Source: an uncultured Bacilli bacterium (lineage in GTDB: Bacteria > Bacillota_I > Bacilli_A > RF39 > UBA660). From it: a DNA stretch of 64,000 nucleotides. Positions 38,683-49,383 of the stretch are shown here, piece after piece. Location of the stretch: contig OZ007025.1 in NCBI GenBank assembly GCA_963931545.1, forward strand, positions 887,692 through 951,691, given 5' to 3'. Below the pieces are notes generated by a model that did no database searches, had not been told where the DNA came from, and saw only the letters and a program-made list of their open reading frames with translations. How positions within the stretch are numbered: position 1 is the stretch's first letter; every line of letters begins with the position of its first letter. A program made the position numbers and the translations under genes.

Positions 38683-40405
38683 TTATAACACTCCTTTTTA
38701 ATCCGACAATTTCCTCTGCTATTTTAGCTTTATCTAATGGGTCTGTCAAGTTTTTCATTTTATTTGTAAGTCTTTTTATTTCTTCTTTGACATTATAATC
38801 TTTGATTACATTAATATAATCTTCAATTTCTTCTAAAGTATAAGTTTCTTTTGTATTATTTTTGTTTATTTTATTTATGGTTTCCATTAACTCTTGGTCG
38901 CATTCTATATAATCTATGAAGTCTGCTTCATTTATAAAACCAAAATTTTTATAGAAATTACTTATTTCTCTAGCAAGCATTCTATATTCTTTATTTGGAA
39001 TATAGGTTACTTTATTATTATACATAGTAATAACATCTGAGCTTTTAAGCATATAATATACTAAAGCACTTTCAGCTTGTTCATATTTATTTATAGTTAC
39101 TTTTGATTCTACTTGTTTTGGTTTTATAGGTTTTATTTCTTTTTTTTCTAGGTGTTTTCTAATAAGATTTTCATCGATATTCATTTCAGTAGCTACTTTT
39201 TTAATTGTTAAATCTTTTAAGATATCATCTTCTATTTTATTTAGTTCCACTATTAATTCACTAATATATTTAGCTTGGTCAACACTACTATTTAAATCTT
39301 TTCCTGTTTTAAGATATGACAATTTGAAATCCATGATGTTTATTGGATTATCTATCTTTTTTTGAAAAGCTTCTTTACCATATTTTTGAATATATTCATC
39401 GGGGTCTAAATTATCTTCTAATCTAATAACTTTTGGAGTTACACCTATTTTTAATAGTTCATTTGAACACGACATGGTAGCTTTAGCTCCTGCTTCATCT
39501 CCATCGAAGCAAAGAATTACATCTTTACCCATTCTTTTTATTAAATGAGCTTGGACATCAGTTACGGCGGTACCCATAGTAGCAACTACATTTTTAATAC
39601 CAATAGTGTAAGCTCTGATGACATCCATGAAGCCTTCCATAATAATGATTTGATTTTTTCTTCTTGCAGGGTCTTTTGCGCGATGGTAATTATATAATAG
39701 TTCTCCTTTTTTAAATATTTCGGTTTCAACTGTATTAAAGTATTTTGAATTATCTTGTCTATTATAGATTCTACCACTATATGCTACAGGATTGCCATCT
39801 AAATCATAAAGTGGAAACATTATTCTTTCATAAAATAAATCATAATAATTATAATTATTTTTTCCAACTAAACCGCTTTTTAAGACATCTTCTACTTTAA
39901 ATTTTTTCGTAAGAATTTTAGATAAGGTGTCTTTTTTTAAAGCTAGACCTATTTGAAATTCTTTTATTACATCTTCACTTATATTTCTTTTATATAAATA
40001 TTCTCTAGCTTCTTTACCATTTGCTGTATTTAAATTATTTATATAAAATTTTAAGCTTAAATCATATATTTGATGTAATTCAGTATGATTCTTTTTTTTA
40101 TGAACGATTCCAATATTTACAGCTACACCGCCTAAATCAGCTACTTTTTTGACTGCTTCCATAAATGAAATATTTTCATAATCCATAATAAATTTAAAAA
40201 CAGTTCCTGTCGCACCACACGAGAAACATTTATAAATTTGTCTAGATGGACTTACACTCATCGATGGATTGGTATCATCATGAAATGGGCATACTCCAAA
40301 ATAATTTTTTCCTTTTGGAGTAAGTGGTATATAAGAGGAGATGACATCAACTATGTTGACACTGTTTCTTATTTCGTTTATTTTTTCTTGACTAAGTGTA
40401 CTCAT
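38675..40405 (-). CDS. dnaG: DNA primase
   Basis: A zinc-binding domain ([13 protein letters not shown]...CFSCGATG) and a TOPRIM domain (EGFMDV, DGDEAG) are present. Confidence 0.9.
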   Translation of the reverse strand: MSTLSQEKINEIRNSVNIVDVISSYIPLTPKGKNYFGVCPFHDDTNPSMSVSPSRQIYKCFSCGATGTVFKFIMDYENISFMEAVKKVADLGGVAVNIGIVHKKKNHTELHQIYDLSLKFYINNLNTANGKEAREYLYKRNISEDVIKEFQIGLALKKDTLSKILTKKFKVEDVLKSGLVGKNNYNYYDLFYERIMFPLYDLDGNPVAYSGRIYNRQDNSKYFNTVETEIFKKGELLYNYHRAKDPARRKNQIIIMEGFMDVIRAYTIGIKNVVATMGTAVTDVQAHLIKRMGKDVILCFDGDEAGAKATMSCSNELLKIGVTPKVIRLEDNLDPDEYIQKYGKEAFQKKIDNPINIMDFKLSYLKTGKDLNSSVDQAKYISELIVELNKIEDDILKDLTIKKVATEMNIDENLIRKHLEKKEIKPIKPKQVESKVTINKYEQAESALVYYMLKSSDVITMYNNKVTYIPNKEYRMLAREISNFYKNFGFINEADFIDYIECDQELMETINKINKNNTKETYTLEEIEDYINVIKDYNVKEEIKRLTNKMKNLTDPLDKAKIAEEIVGLKRSVINV

Positions 40406-40533
40406 AACTTTCCCCTCCTATATATAAATATACGATTTTTTTTGCCCATTTCCTTTTTTTTCTGTCAAAAAAATGAAAAAATGTATAATTTTTTTCACTT
40501 TTACATATAATAATTTTAAAAAGAGGCGATTTT

Positions 40534-41067
40534 ATGACTCTAAAAAAGATTAAAACTGTCAGTGTTTTTGGAATATTTAGTTTATGTTTTTTAACGCATT
40601 TTTTATATAATTGGTTTCCAAATACTTTATTTAGTATATTTTTCCCAGTTAATGAAAGTATTTGGGAACATATGAAAATGATTAGTTCTAGTATTTTAAT
40701 TTGGAGTGTTTTAGAATTCTTTTTATATAAAAGATTTAAAATAAATCATAATAATTTTGTTTTAAGTATGTTTTTGGATAGTTTTTTTTCTATTATCATT
40801 TTTTTAATTATATATTTGCCTATTTATCATTTTACAGGCTCTATATTTATACTTAATATCATAGTCTTATTTATAAGTATATATTTTGTGAATGTGGTTA
40901 GTTATTATATTTTAAGTTTACGGCCTTTACATTTGGAAAGTTTAGGAATTATTGGAATTATATTAATATATATTATATTTGGTATTTTAACCTATAATCC
41001 ACCTTTTAATGATTTGTTTTTTGATAAATTAGAAAATAAATATGGTATAAATATCTATGAACTTTGA
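40534..41067 (+). CDS. Hypothetical polytopic membrane protein
   Basis: The protein has five or six predicted hydrophobic helices. No motif was recognised. Confidence 0.3.
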   Translation: MTLKKIKTVSVFGIFSLCFLTHFLYNWFPNTLFSIFFPVNESIWEHMKMISSSILIWSVLEFFLYKRFKINHNNFVLSMFLDSFFSIIIFLIIYLPIYHFTGSIFILNIIVLFISIYFVNVVSYYILSLRPLHLESLGIIGIILIYIIFGILTYNPPFNDLFFDKLENKYGINIYEL

Positions 41068-41402
41068 TTAAAGATACTAGATATTTTTTTGTGGTAGTTT
41101 AATTGTTCGGCAGCTGTTAAATAAGCTTCTTCTTTAGTACATATTGTATAAATAATATCTCCTGGGATATAGACTTTATAACCACCATCTTTATTTAGTC
41201 CAATTTTGTTTTGAGTAAGTAATTCTTCAACATATGGAGTATTTTCATCCCCTACTTTGATGACAATGTTATTTAATTTTAATGATTTATATGGAGCTAT
41301 TTTAAATAAGTGAAGTTTATAGGAGGATTTTTGTTTATTCTTTCTAGATTCTATTTCCAATAGTTCAATTGGAATAGTTGCATATTGTGTTTTTTTTGTC
41401 AT
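41055..41402 (-). CDS. Hypothetical protein
   Basis: A 115-aa ORF called on coding potential only. Confidence 0.25.
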   Translation of the reverse strand: MTKKTQYATIPIELLEIESRKNKQKSSYKLHLFKIAPYKSLKLNNIVIKVGDENTPYVEELLTQNKIGLNKDGGYKVYIPGDIIYTICTKEEAYLTAAEQLNYHKKISSIFNQSS

Positions 41403-41520
41403 GTTACATTCCTCCGTTTTCTGAATAGTTATTATATACAGGTTATTTTATTTGTCAATTGGTTTCACATGAATTTCCAAAAAATGTTATTTTAAAAGCC
41501 CAGATTTTATCTGAGCTATC

Positions 41521-41546
41521 TATATAAAACGCTAACGCATTAGCGG
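41521..41546 (-). terminator. Terminator of comEC (overlaps its stop codon)
   Basis: The hairpin CGCTAA-tgcg-TTAGCG is followed by UUUUAUAUA on the minus strand. Confidence 0.4.
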
Positions 41547-43606
41547 GCCGTTTTGATGGTTAGGTCATTTAAATTTATTTTGACCGCGCCATCTTCTTTG
41601 GTAACCAAAATTTTGCTTTGTTTTAATTTTTTTAAAGTTTCACGGTGGGGGTGACCATATACATTATTTTTTCCAGCTGAAATTAAAGATATCTTAGGAG
41701 ATACTACTTGAATAAATTCATTAGAAGAACTGGTATTAGAACCATGATGTCCTACTTTTAATATATCCATTTTAGGCAAATTATATGTATTTAATAAATA
41801 CTTTTCACTTTTACTTGAAGCATCTCCCATTAATAATATATTCCTATTTTCTATTTTTGAATAAATAATAAGACTATCATCATTTTCATTATGAGTATTT
41901 AACCCATTTAAAAAATTAAAGCTGATGTTTTTTATTTTAATGGTTCCTTCTGAAATATTTGTGATTTTTCCTTTAAATGTTTTTGTAATTTTATTTTCTA
42001 AACTATTGTTTTCTTCATTTAAAATTATATGCTTTACTTTGAAATTTTTGATTAAATTTAAAGTCATTCCTGCGTGGTCAAAATCTCCATGAGTAAGAAT
42101 AAGACAATCAAGTTCATCTATTCCTAATGATTTCATATAAGGAATGGTTATATTACTTGCAATATCATAAGGTTTTCTATCATTATAAGGTTTTTCTCCA
42201 CCTGTATCAATTAATATATTACCTCCATTATGTTTTAGTTTTAATAAGAAAGAATCTCCTTGTCCAACATCAAGCATAGTTAAAGATGAAATGGGATTTA
42301 AACAATTTATGTTATGGTAAATCATTAATAATATAAATAATAAGATAATATAATTTTTTTCTTTTTGCCATTTATATAAAATTATAATTATAACTATATA
42401 AAATAATATAAATAAAAAGATATTTAGATGACCTAATGTTAAATTAAAAAAGTTAATTGATGAAATTTTTAATGAAGCATTTTCCATAATGGTCACTAAA
42501 TTTAAAAAGATATTATCTAATGGTTTAAAGATAAAGGTTATTAAAGATAGTGGATAAATGACAAATGTCATTAGTGGTACAAAATATAAATTTATTAAAG
42601 GAGAGAGTAAATTTAGAGTAAAAAAATTATTGATAATTATTGGAGCGGATGAAAAAAAAGCAATTAATGAAATTACAAATGTTTTAGAAAAGTAATTATT
42701 ATATCTATTTATAATGTTTTTAAAAATAAGTAAAAAAAAGGAAACTGTAAACGAAAGAATAAAACCTAAACTATAAATATAATATGGATTTATCATTAAT
42801 AGTATACTCATTGTTATGATAAGTAATGATATATTACTAATTTTTATTTCAAATTGTTTTTTTAAAGTTAGAATAATAAAAAAGGCAGTTGCTCTTAATA
42901 TTGATGCGCCAAAATTAGTTAAGAAAAGGTAAAAAAGTAAAAATAATATGCATATTAAGTAGGAGATATTTTTAGAAAATATTTTATTTAAAATAAAGAG
43001 TAAAGTGGCTGCTAGTAAAGTTACTTGAGCTCCTGATATTGCTAGAAGATGGGTTATACCATTTATTTGATAACTATTTTTTACATCATCATTAATATCA
43101 TTAGTATTTCCTAAAATTAAAGCATTTAGATAGCCTTTAGAATTGTAATTTTGAATATGATTATTTAATAAATTTTTAATTTTATAAATAAAAGGAATTT
43201 TTTTATCTATTATTTTGATATTATCTGCATTAAATATATAGTTTATTTTTAAAGATTTTAAATAGTTTTTATAATTAAACAAACAAAAATTAGTATTTTC
43301 ATTTGGCTCGTTCATTTTACCATTTGCTTCTATTTCTTCTCCTAATTTACATTTAAAATTATCATAATAATTTATTAATACATTTTCTTTTCCTTTAATT
43401 TTAATAATAGTTTTATCTTCTTGATTTTCACATTCATAAACATATCCTTTAATATATTTATCATTTAAATTATAATTGCTTGATGGGTTATTTATATAAA
43501 AAACAATATAAATTAAAGAGATTAAAATGACAAATATAGTAAATGGATTAGACTGTAATATTGTCTTTAATTTTTTCATAAATACTGTCGCCAATTCCTG
43601 GAACAT
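41540..43606 (-). CDS. comEC: DNA internalisation competence protein ComEC/Rec2
   Basis: A polytopic competence domain is followed by a C-terminal metallo-beta-lactamase domain (LTMLDVGQGDSFLL, HGDFDHAG, VGHHGS). Confidence 0.85.
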   Translation of the reverse strand: MFQELATVFMKKLKTILQSNPFTIFVILISLIYIVFYINNPSSNYNLNDKYIKGYVYECENQEDKTIIKIKGKENVLINYYDNFKCKLGEEIEANGKMNEPNENTNFCLFNYKNYLKSLKINYIFNADNIKIIDKKIPFIYKIKNLLNNHIQNYNSKGYLNALILGNTNDINDDVKNSYQINGITHLLAISGAQVTLLAATLLFILNKIFSKNISYLICILFLLFYLFLTNFGASILRATAFFIILTLKKQFEIKISNISLLIITMSILLMINPYYIYSLGFILSFTVSFFLLIFKNIINRYNNYFSKTFVISLIAFFSSAPIIINNFFTLNLLSPLINLYFVPLMTFVIYPLSLITFIFKPLDNIFLNLVTIMENASLKISSINFFNLTLGHLNIFLFILFYIVIIIILYKWQKEKNYIILLFILLMIYHNINCLNPISSLTMLDVGQGDSFLLKLKHNGGNILIDTGGEKPYNDRKPYDIASNITIPYMKSLGIDELDCLILTHGDFDHAGMTLNLIKNFKVKHIILNEENNSLENKITKTFKGKITNISEGTIKIKNISFNFLNGLNTHNENDDSLIIYSKIENRNILLMGDASSKSEKYLLNTYNLPKMDILKVGHHGSNTSSSNEFIQVVSPKISLISAGKNNVYGHPHRETLKKLKQSKILVTKEDGAVKINLNDLTIKTAR

Positions 43607-44258
43607 TTTTTATATCTTCTATGGTTTTAAATTTGCCATTTTGATTTCTATATTCAATAATTGCTTTAGCTTTTGCTTCGCCAATACCATTTAGAGTTTG
43701 TAAAGCTGTTTCATCAGATGTATTGATATTTATTTTATCTATAATAGTGTCTTTATCTTTAGAAGTTTCTTCTTCTAATTTGGCTTTTTCATCTTCTTCG
43801 GTCACACACACATCGTTACATGGTGGACAAACTATTTGATTTTCTTTTTTCATTTCTTGAATTTCTGTTTTAGAATAAACTATTATAACCATTTCATCTT
43901 CTAATTTTTTACTTAAGTTAATATTGCTGGTATCACTGTTTTTAGTTAGACCACCAGCTTTATCGATAGCTTTCATAACAGTATCATCAGATGTAAGTTC
44001 GTAAACACCAGGAGTGTTTACCTCTCCTTTGATATCAACAATTACTTTATTTATTTCTGTTTTTTCTTCTTTTTTACTAATATCTTCTACTTTATTTGAT
44101 GTTTCTTTTACATTTTGTGATTCTTGAATACTATATGTATCAAAGATAATATAACCAGTAAAAATCAAAAATATTAAAATGAAAAATTTTCCTTTATGTC
44201 TTTTTAAAAATGTCATATGCACCTCTTTTCTAGAAAAAAACTTTCTATATATTAACAT
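43548..44258 (-). CDS. comEA: Competence protein ComEA (TM anchor, SLBB domain, tandem helix-hairpin-helix)
   Basis: A C-terminal HhH pair (LNGIGEAKAKAIIEYR...VPGIGDSIYEKI) and an SLBB-like block (VIVDIKGEVNTPGVYEL) are present. The likely true start is the ATG at 44219 (MTFLKRH...). Confidence 0.75.
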   Translation of the reverse strand: MLIYRKFFSRKEVHMTFLKRHKGKFFILIFLIFTGYIIFDTYSIQESQNVKETSNKVEDISKKEEKTEINKVIVDIKGEVNTPGVYELTSDDTVMKAIDKAGGLTKNSDTSNINLSKKLEDEMVIIVYSKTEIQEMKKENQIVCPPCNDVCVTEEDEKAKLEEETSKDKDTIIDKININTSDETALQTLNGIGEAKAKAIIEYRNQNGKFKTIEDIKNVPGIGDSIYEKIKDNITV

Positions 44259-44314
44259 ACGACAAAAACTTTTAATTTCCTTTTATTGTTTTTCATTTTA
44301 AGAAAAAAATTCCA

Positions 44315-45487
44315 TTATTTAGGAATTTTTATCTTTTTGTTTTTGGTTTCAATGGCTATTCTTTGAACAATTGCTAGAGAAGCGATTAGTGATAGAACAA
44401 AACTACCTCCATAACTTAAGAATGGTAAAGGTACTCCAGTTAATGGAATTATACCAAACATACCACCTAGATTGATAAATATATGAACAAATATATAACT
44501 AAGTATTCCAACACATATATATCTTCCTCTTAAGGTCGATGCTTTAGAACCAATAACAGCTATTCTATATAATACGATTCCATATAATATGAAAATAAAT
44601 ATTGTTCTATATATTCCATATTCTTCAGCTATAATGGCAAAAGCCGAATCGGTATGAGGCTCTGGAATATACGAATATTTTTGTTTACTTTTTCCTATAC
44701 CAAGTCCCCACAATCCACCGTCATTTATGGCAATATAACTATTACAAACTTGATATCCTCCTTTTTCATAATTACCACAGGGGTCTAAAAAGGAAGTAAA
44801 CCTACTAATTCTAGCTTCATTTAAAATATATCCTTGTTTTAAATATATAACAAGTAAGGCTAAAGCTCCTATACCTATCATTAAAATAATGGTTTTTATT
44901 TTATCTATTTTTAATATTGGACTAGATATAAACATCATAAAAATGATAAATAGAACAATTAATAAAGTTCCATAGTCTTTTTGTAAAATAATTATAGCAG
45001 GAATAATCATAGCAATTAAAATCATTGTTCCAATTGTATCATAATGTTTAATATTCAATGTTCTTAATTTACGATAATTTTTTTCAAACATTAAAGCTAA
45101 CAAGGCAATAATTATTGGTTTTGAAAATTCACTAGGTTGAAGTTTGATAAATTTTAAATCTATCCAGTTTTTTGAGCCTGATAATTCTTCAAATGTTAAA
45201 GCCCATAAATTTAAAGCTATTACGGCGATAAACAGAACGGGAACGATAACTTTATAATATTTTGTGTCTGTTCTTATAATTATAAAACCGCCAATTAATC
45301 CAAGTATTATAAAAATAAGCTGTCTATAAAAATAATAATAAATAGAAACATCATAATTAACAACGGCAGCTCTTGAAGATGCGGTAACAATATTTAAAAG
45401 GCCAAAAATAAACAAAGCCATAGATGCTATTAATAATGGTTTATCTAAGTCTTTTAACAATTTACCAAGAGGTATTTTTTTGTTCAT
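44315..45487 (-). CDS. SEDS-family peptidoglycan glycosyltransferase (FtsW/RodA/SpoVE)
   Basis: A 10-TM architecture with conserved SEDS blocks (PSEFSKP, GGSF) is present. Confidence 0.8.
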   Translation of the reverse strand: MNKKIPLGKLLKDLDKPLLIASMALFIFGLLNIVTASSRAAVVNYDVSIYYYFYRQLIFIILGLIGGFIIIRTDTKYYKVIVPVLFIAVIALNLWALTFEELSGSKNWIDLKFIKLQPSEFSKPIIIALLALMFEKNYRKLRTLNIKHYDTIGTMILIAMIIPAIIILQKDYGTLLIVLFIIFMMFISSPILKIDKIKTIILMIGIGALALLVIYLKQGYILNEARISRFTSFLDPCGNYEKGGYQVCNSYIAINDGGLWGLGIGKSKQKYSYIPEPHTDSAFAIIAEEYGIYRTIFIFILYGIVLYRIAVIGSKASTLRGRYICVGILSYIFVHIFINLGGMFGIIPLTGVPLPFLSYGGSFVLSLIASLAIVQRIAIETKNKKIKIPK

Positions 45488-45625
45488 GTTTCGCCTCCTA
45501 TCCTTTTATATCATAGCATATTATGTAATTTTTTACTAGATTTGAAAATTAAAATATAAAATTAGGTGTTTTTAATATACGGTTTTTTACTTTATCATAG
45601 ACTATATTAGAATAGGAGGTATTAT

Positions 45626-45784
45626 ATGTATTACTATGGTGGGTATCAAGGTTATGGCTGTGGCAACCCATGTGGTGGTTATGGCTATGGCGGAGGATAC
45701 GGAACAGGTTATGGTGCAGCTATTGTACTAGTTTTATTTATTTTACTTGTAATAATTATCGGAGCAAGAGCTTGGAATAATTAA
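45626..45784 (+). CDS. YjcZ-like tiny transmembrane protein (Gly/Tyr-rich N-terminus plus one TM helix), 52 aa, absent from the ORF track
   Basis: A GGAGGT RBS lies 8 nt before the ATG. The product MYYYGGYQGYGCGNPCGGYGYGGGYGTGYGAAIVLVLFILLVIIIGARAWNN resembles the Bacillus-type tiny-TM family. Confidence 0.45.
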   Translation: MYYYGGYQGYGCGNPCGGYGYGGGYGTGYGAAIVLVLFILLVIIIGARAWNN

Positions 45785-45909
45785 TATATAAAGAAGAACT
45801 TTATTATATGGTTCTTCTTTTATTTTTATATGTTCAGTTTGACATTTTGTATATATAAAGTTATAATACGTATGCTTTTAGAAGATAAATTATTTTTTTT
45901 ATTATAAAT

Positions 45910-46488
45910 ATGATAAAATATAGTATGGAGGTAATGTTTATGTTTAAGCCTTTAAAAATATTAGATGAAAAACACAAGATTTTAAGACAAAAAAGTAAAG
46001 AGGTTAAGTTGCCTTTATCTAAAAAAGATAAAGAAACGATAGAACATATAATTAAACATTTAAAGTATAGTCAAATAGAAAAATATGCAGAAAAATATAA
46101 TTTAAGACCTGGGATGGGACTTGCTTTTCCACAACTTGGAGAACTTAAACGAATTATTGTTTTAGTTTATGAATATGAAGAAGGAAAGTTTCAAAATTAT
46201 GTTATTGTTAATCCTAAGATTATTAGTCATTCAGAAGAAATGGTTGCTTTGGAAACTGGTGAAGGATGTTTAAGTGTCAATAGAGAGGTTGAAGGACATG
46301 TTCCTAGATATGCAAGGATTACAATTACTGGTTATAGTCCTGATGGAGAGAAAATAACTATTAGGGCTCGTGAGGATTTATCTGTTGCTTTCCAGCACGA
46401 GGTTGACCATTTAGATGGTATTTTGTTTTTTGATAAAATTGATAAGAAAAAACCTTTCTTGAACGAAAATGAAATAAGATTGATTTAA
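45910..46488 (+). CDS. def: Peptide deformylase
   Basis: The motifs GLAFPQLG, EGCLS and HEVDHLDG are present. The true start is probably the internal ATG (MFMFKPLK at 45931, or MFKPLK at 45937). Confidence 0.85.
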   Translation: MIKYSMEVMFMFKPLKILDEKHKILRQKSKEVKLPLSKKDKETIEHIIKHLKYSQIEKYAEKYNLRPGMGLAFPQLGELKRIIVLVYEYEEGKFQNYVIVNPKIISHSEEMVALETGEGCLSVNREVEGHVPRYARITITGYSPDGEKITIRAREDLSVAFQHEVDHLDGILFFDKIDKKKPFLNENEIRLI

Positions 46489-46498
46489 GGAGGAAAAT

Positions 46499-48229
46499 AT
46501 GAAAAAAATTATTGCAAAATATATACTTTTAATTGTTATAACATTTGCTATTTCTATTTATATATACGAGTATGTTATGTCTAATAAACCAATTGATACA
46601 GAAGAAGATATACTTTATTTACAGTCACAAACTCAAAGTCAATATTTAAGTAATACTAATTACACAATTGATAAGCCTAACGTTATTTTAAATCCTTATG
46701 GTAATTCGCCACTTACGGCTTTAATTGTATTTCAAACCAAAGATTTAACAACAGCTACGGTTACTATTAAAGGAAAAGATGGTGCGGATGATATAAAACA
46801 CACCTTTACCCCTACTAAGATTCATATTTTACCAATTTATGGACTTTATGCAGGATATGATAATAAAGTTATAATTGAAGTTAGTGGAATAACTAAAGAG
46901 ATTACTATTACAACAGCTCAACTTCCTGACAATTTTTCTAAGGTAACTGATTTATCTAATGATAATTTTGATACTGATGAGTTTTATTTTACAACACCTG
47001 AAGAAATTGGTTATACTGCGGCCTATGACAAAAATGGCGAGGTCAGATGGTATTTGGTTGGCGATTATAAATGGGATATTCAAAGACTTAATAATGGGCA
47101 TATTTTACTTAGTAGTGATAAAATCTTAAAGAAAAATTATAGTATTGGTTTAATTGAAATGGATTTACTTGGTAAGATTTATTATGAATATGCTATTCCT
47201 GGAGGATATCATCACGATGTTTATGAACTAAATAATGGAAACTTACTACTAGCTTCTAATAAGTATGAAAGAGATACTACTGAAGATTTGGCAATTGAAA
47301 TTGATAGAGCAACAGGAACTATTGTTAAAGAAATAGACCTTTATAAGATATTACCTGGAAGTAAAAAAAATAATTGGTTTGGTATGAATTCAATTAATTA
47401 TGATATTAATACTAATTCTATTACTATTTCTGGATATAATGGTAATATGATTGTTAATTTAGATTATACTACTTTGGATATAAACTGGATTATAGCTGAT
47501 GAAAATAAAGTAGATAATGATTATAAGCAATATTTATTAAAATCTAATGGACACATTGATTATCCTAATAACCCTGAATCTGTTAATTTATTAAGTAACA
47601 ATAGAATGGTGTTTGTTAGTAAGGTTGGTAGTAAAAAACACTTACTCACTTATAAAATAGATTATACTAATAGAACTGTTTCAGAACTGGATGATTACAA
47701 ACTTTCTAATAATGATGAAACTTATTTGGAAATTTTGGGAGATAATGACTTTGTTATTACCCAAGGTCATACATTAATGGAAATTCAAAATGGTAAAAAA
47801 GTCATTAGTATGAATGTTAATTCAACTTTATATAATACTAAAAAAATGAGTTTATATGCGAATGATATATATACTGGTGTACAAGGGGTTAGACTTGGAA
47901 GTTTAGGAGAGTCTATTACAACGAAAAATCATATTCTTTTAGGTGCTAAGAACGATGATAGTATTTTGGATAAATACAATATCACTCTTTATAAGGATGT
48001 GTTTGGTCTAAAGGTTAAAGGAACTTTTAAAGAAAGTGATGAAGTACAAATTATATTAGATAATGTTTTAGATAAAAAAACATATGATTTTTTAATTCCT
48101 ACTGATTCTGATAAAAAAATTACCACTTCGCGTTATATTAGTGAAGATGGTATTAAAGGGAAATATTATATTTACTTAAGGATTAATGGTACTATTTATA
48201 AGTTAAAAAAATATGTTATTTTCTATTAA
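46499..48229 (+). CDS. Membrane-anchored ASST-family beta-propeller protein, paralog 2
   Basis: An N-terminal TM helix, the motifs NPYGNSPLTAL and GYHHDVYELNNGNLLLAS, and paralogy with 6092-7690 support the call. Confidence 0.4.
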   Translation: MKKIIAKYILLIVITFAISIYIYEYVMSNKPIDTEEDILYLQSQTQSQYLSNTNYTIDKPNVILNPYGNSPLTALIVFQTKDLTTATVTIKGKDGADDIKHTFTPTKIHILPIYGLYAGYDNKVIIEVSGITKEITITTAQLPDNFSKVTDLSNDNFDTDEFYFTTPEEIGYTAAYDKNGEVRWYLVGDYKWDIQRLNNGHILLSSDKILKKNYSIGLIEMDLLGKIYYEYAIPGGYHHDVYELNNGNLLLASNKYERDTTEDLAIEIDRATGTIVKEIDLYKILPGSKKNNWFGMNSINYDINTNSITISGYNGNMIVNLDYTTLDINWIIADENKVDNDYKQYLLKSNGHIDYPNNPESVNLLSNNRMVFVSKVGSKKHLLTYKIDYTNRTVSELDDYKLSNNDETYLEILGDNDFVITQGHTLMEIQNGKKVISMNVNSTLYNTKKMSLYANDIYTGVQGVRLGSLGESITTKNHILLGAKNDDSILDKYNITLYKDVFGLKVKGTFKESDEVQIILDNVLDKKTYDFLIPTDSDKKITTSRYISEDGIKGKYYIYLRINGTIYKLKKYVIFY

Positions 48230-48253
48230 AAGAACGCTTTATTTGAGCGTTTT

Positions 48254-48670
48254 TTATATACTATTTTCATCATAACCTTTTGTTTGATAATTATTACCAC
48301 ATTTTAAATATGGTTTGTATGATATTAAAACTCCATCTTGGATAAATTCAACATATCCTTGACATTCTATATCATCGTTATTTGGGTCAGTTATTTTATC
48401 TAAATATTTTTTTTCTTTTAGCATTGAATAACTTAACGACCAAACCTCTTTATCATTTATATTTCCTGAATAGGTATCATTTTGATATCTTTCAGCGGCT
48501 TTTTCTAATTTTTTTTCTAAATCTTGGTAGGTTACTTTTTCTGTTTCTGGCTCATTATTTGAAGTATTAGGAAAAATACTTTGATATAATGACATTATGA
48601 TTATCATGGCAATAAAGATAACGGCAATTATTATAATAAATTCTTTTAAACCAAATCCTCTTTGATTCAT
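48254..48670 (-). CDS. Prepilin-type (type IV pilin / competence pseudopilin-like) protein
   Basis: The N-terminus MNQRG-FGLKEFIIIIAVIFIAMIII has Gly at -1 and Glu at +5 followed by a hydrophobic helix. Confidence 0.4.
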   Translation of the reverse strand: MNQRGFGLKEFIIIIAVIFIAMIIIMSLYQSIFPNTSNNEPETEKVTYQDLEKKLEKAAERYQNDTYSGNINDKEVWSLSYSMLKEKKYLDKITDPNNDDIECQGYVEFIQDGVLISYKPYLKCGNNYQTKGYDENSI

Positions 48671-49326
48671 ATTCTTTTACCTTTCATTTTTTCTAAATTA
48701 AATCTATATAATGTACCTGGTCTTCCACTACCTTTTGATGTTTTAAAACCAGTATCAATAACTAATTCTTGATTAACGTATTTTTTATGAAAGTTTCGCC
48801 TATCTATTGGTTTTCCTAAGACATTTTCATAAAAATTTTGTAATTCTGGTAAAGTGAAATCACTTGGGAAAAAAGCTAATAGCATGTCATTATAGTTGGC
48901 AATTATTTTATTTTTAACTTCCTTAGTAACTACTTCAATAATGTTAGCATGGTCAAAACCTAACTTAGGTAGTTCTTCAACATCAAACCATGCAACTTCT
49001 TTATTATCCTGTTTTATATCGGTTAATGTTTTATCAGTTATAGCAATAAATGAAATACCAATTATTCTATTGTTTGGGTCTCTATTTAAATCGCTGAAGA
49101 CTTTACTTTGAAACATATATGTTTCATCTAGGTTTGTCATACTTTTATATATTTTATGTGCATTTTCTTCTATTGTTGTTTGTGTATCTAATGGAGCACT
49201 TGGTAAGGTCCAATAACCTTTATATGGTTCATCTTGTTTTTTCTTTAAGTAGATTTTTAGCTTTCCTTCATCTACTGAATAAATAAGTAATAACGTTTCT
49301 AATAAGTTATAATAGGAATTTTCCAT
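48667..49326 (-). CDS. Nudix-like domain protein with C-terminal winged-HTH (NrtR-like regulator)
   Basis: An N-terminal Nudix-fold-like region and a C-terminal block (DRRNFHKKY...GRPGTLYRF) typical of NrtR-family wHTH are present. The overlapping stop/start suggests an operon with the pilin-like gene. Confidence 0.35.
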   Translation of the reverse strand: MENSYYNLLETLLLIYSVDEGKLKIYLKKKQDEPYKGYWTLPSAPLDTQTTIEENAHKIYKSMTNLDETYMFQSKVFSDLNRDPNNRIIGISFIAITDKTLTDIKQDNKEVAWFDVEELPKLGFDHANIIEVVTKEVKNKIIANYNDMLLAFFPSDFTLPELQNFYENVLGKPIDRRNFHKKYVNQELVIDTGFKTSKGSGRPGTLYRFNLEKMKGKRI

Positions 49327-49383
49327 AAAATCACCCTTTGCGTAAAAATTTACGCATTATTATATACCGAGTTTTAATAATTG

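Noticed and set aside
49327-49360. Hairpin GCGTAAAAATTTACGC as a terminator of the 49384-49881 gene
   Set aside because: No U-run follows on the relevant strand. It is more likely a short palindrome or operator than an intrinsic terminator.
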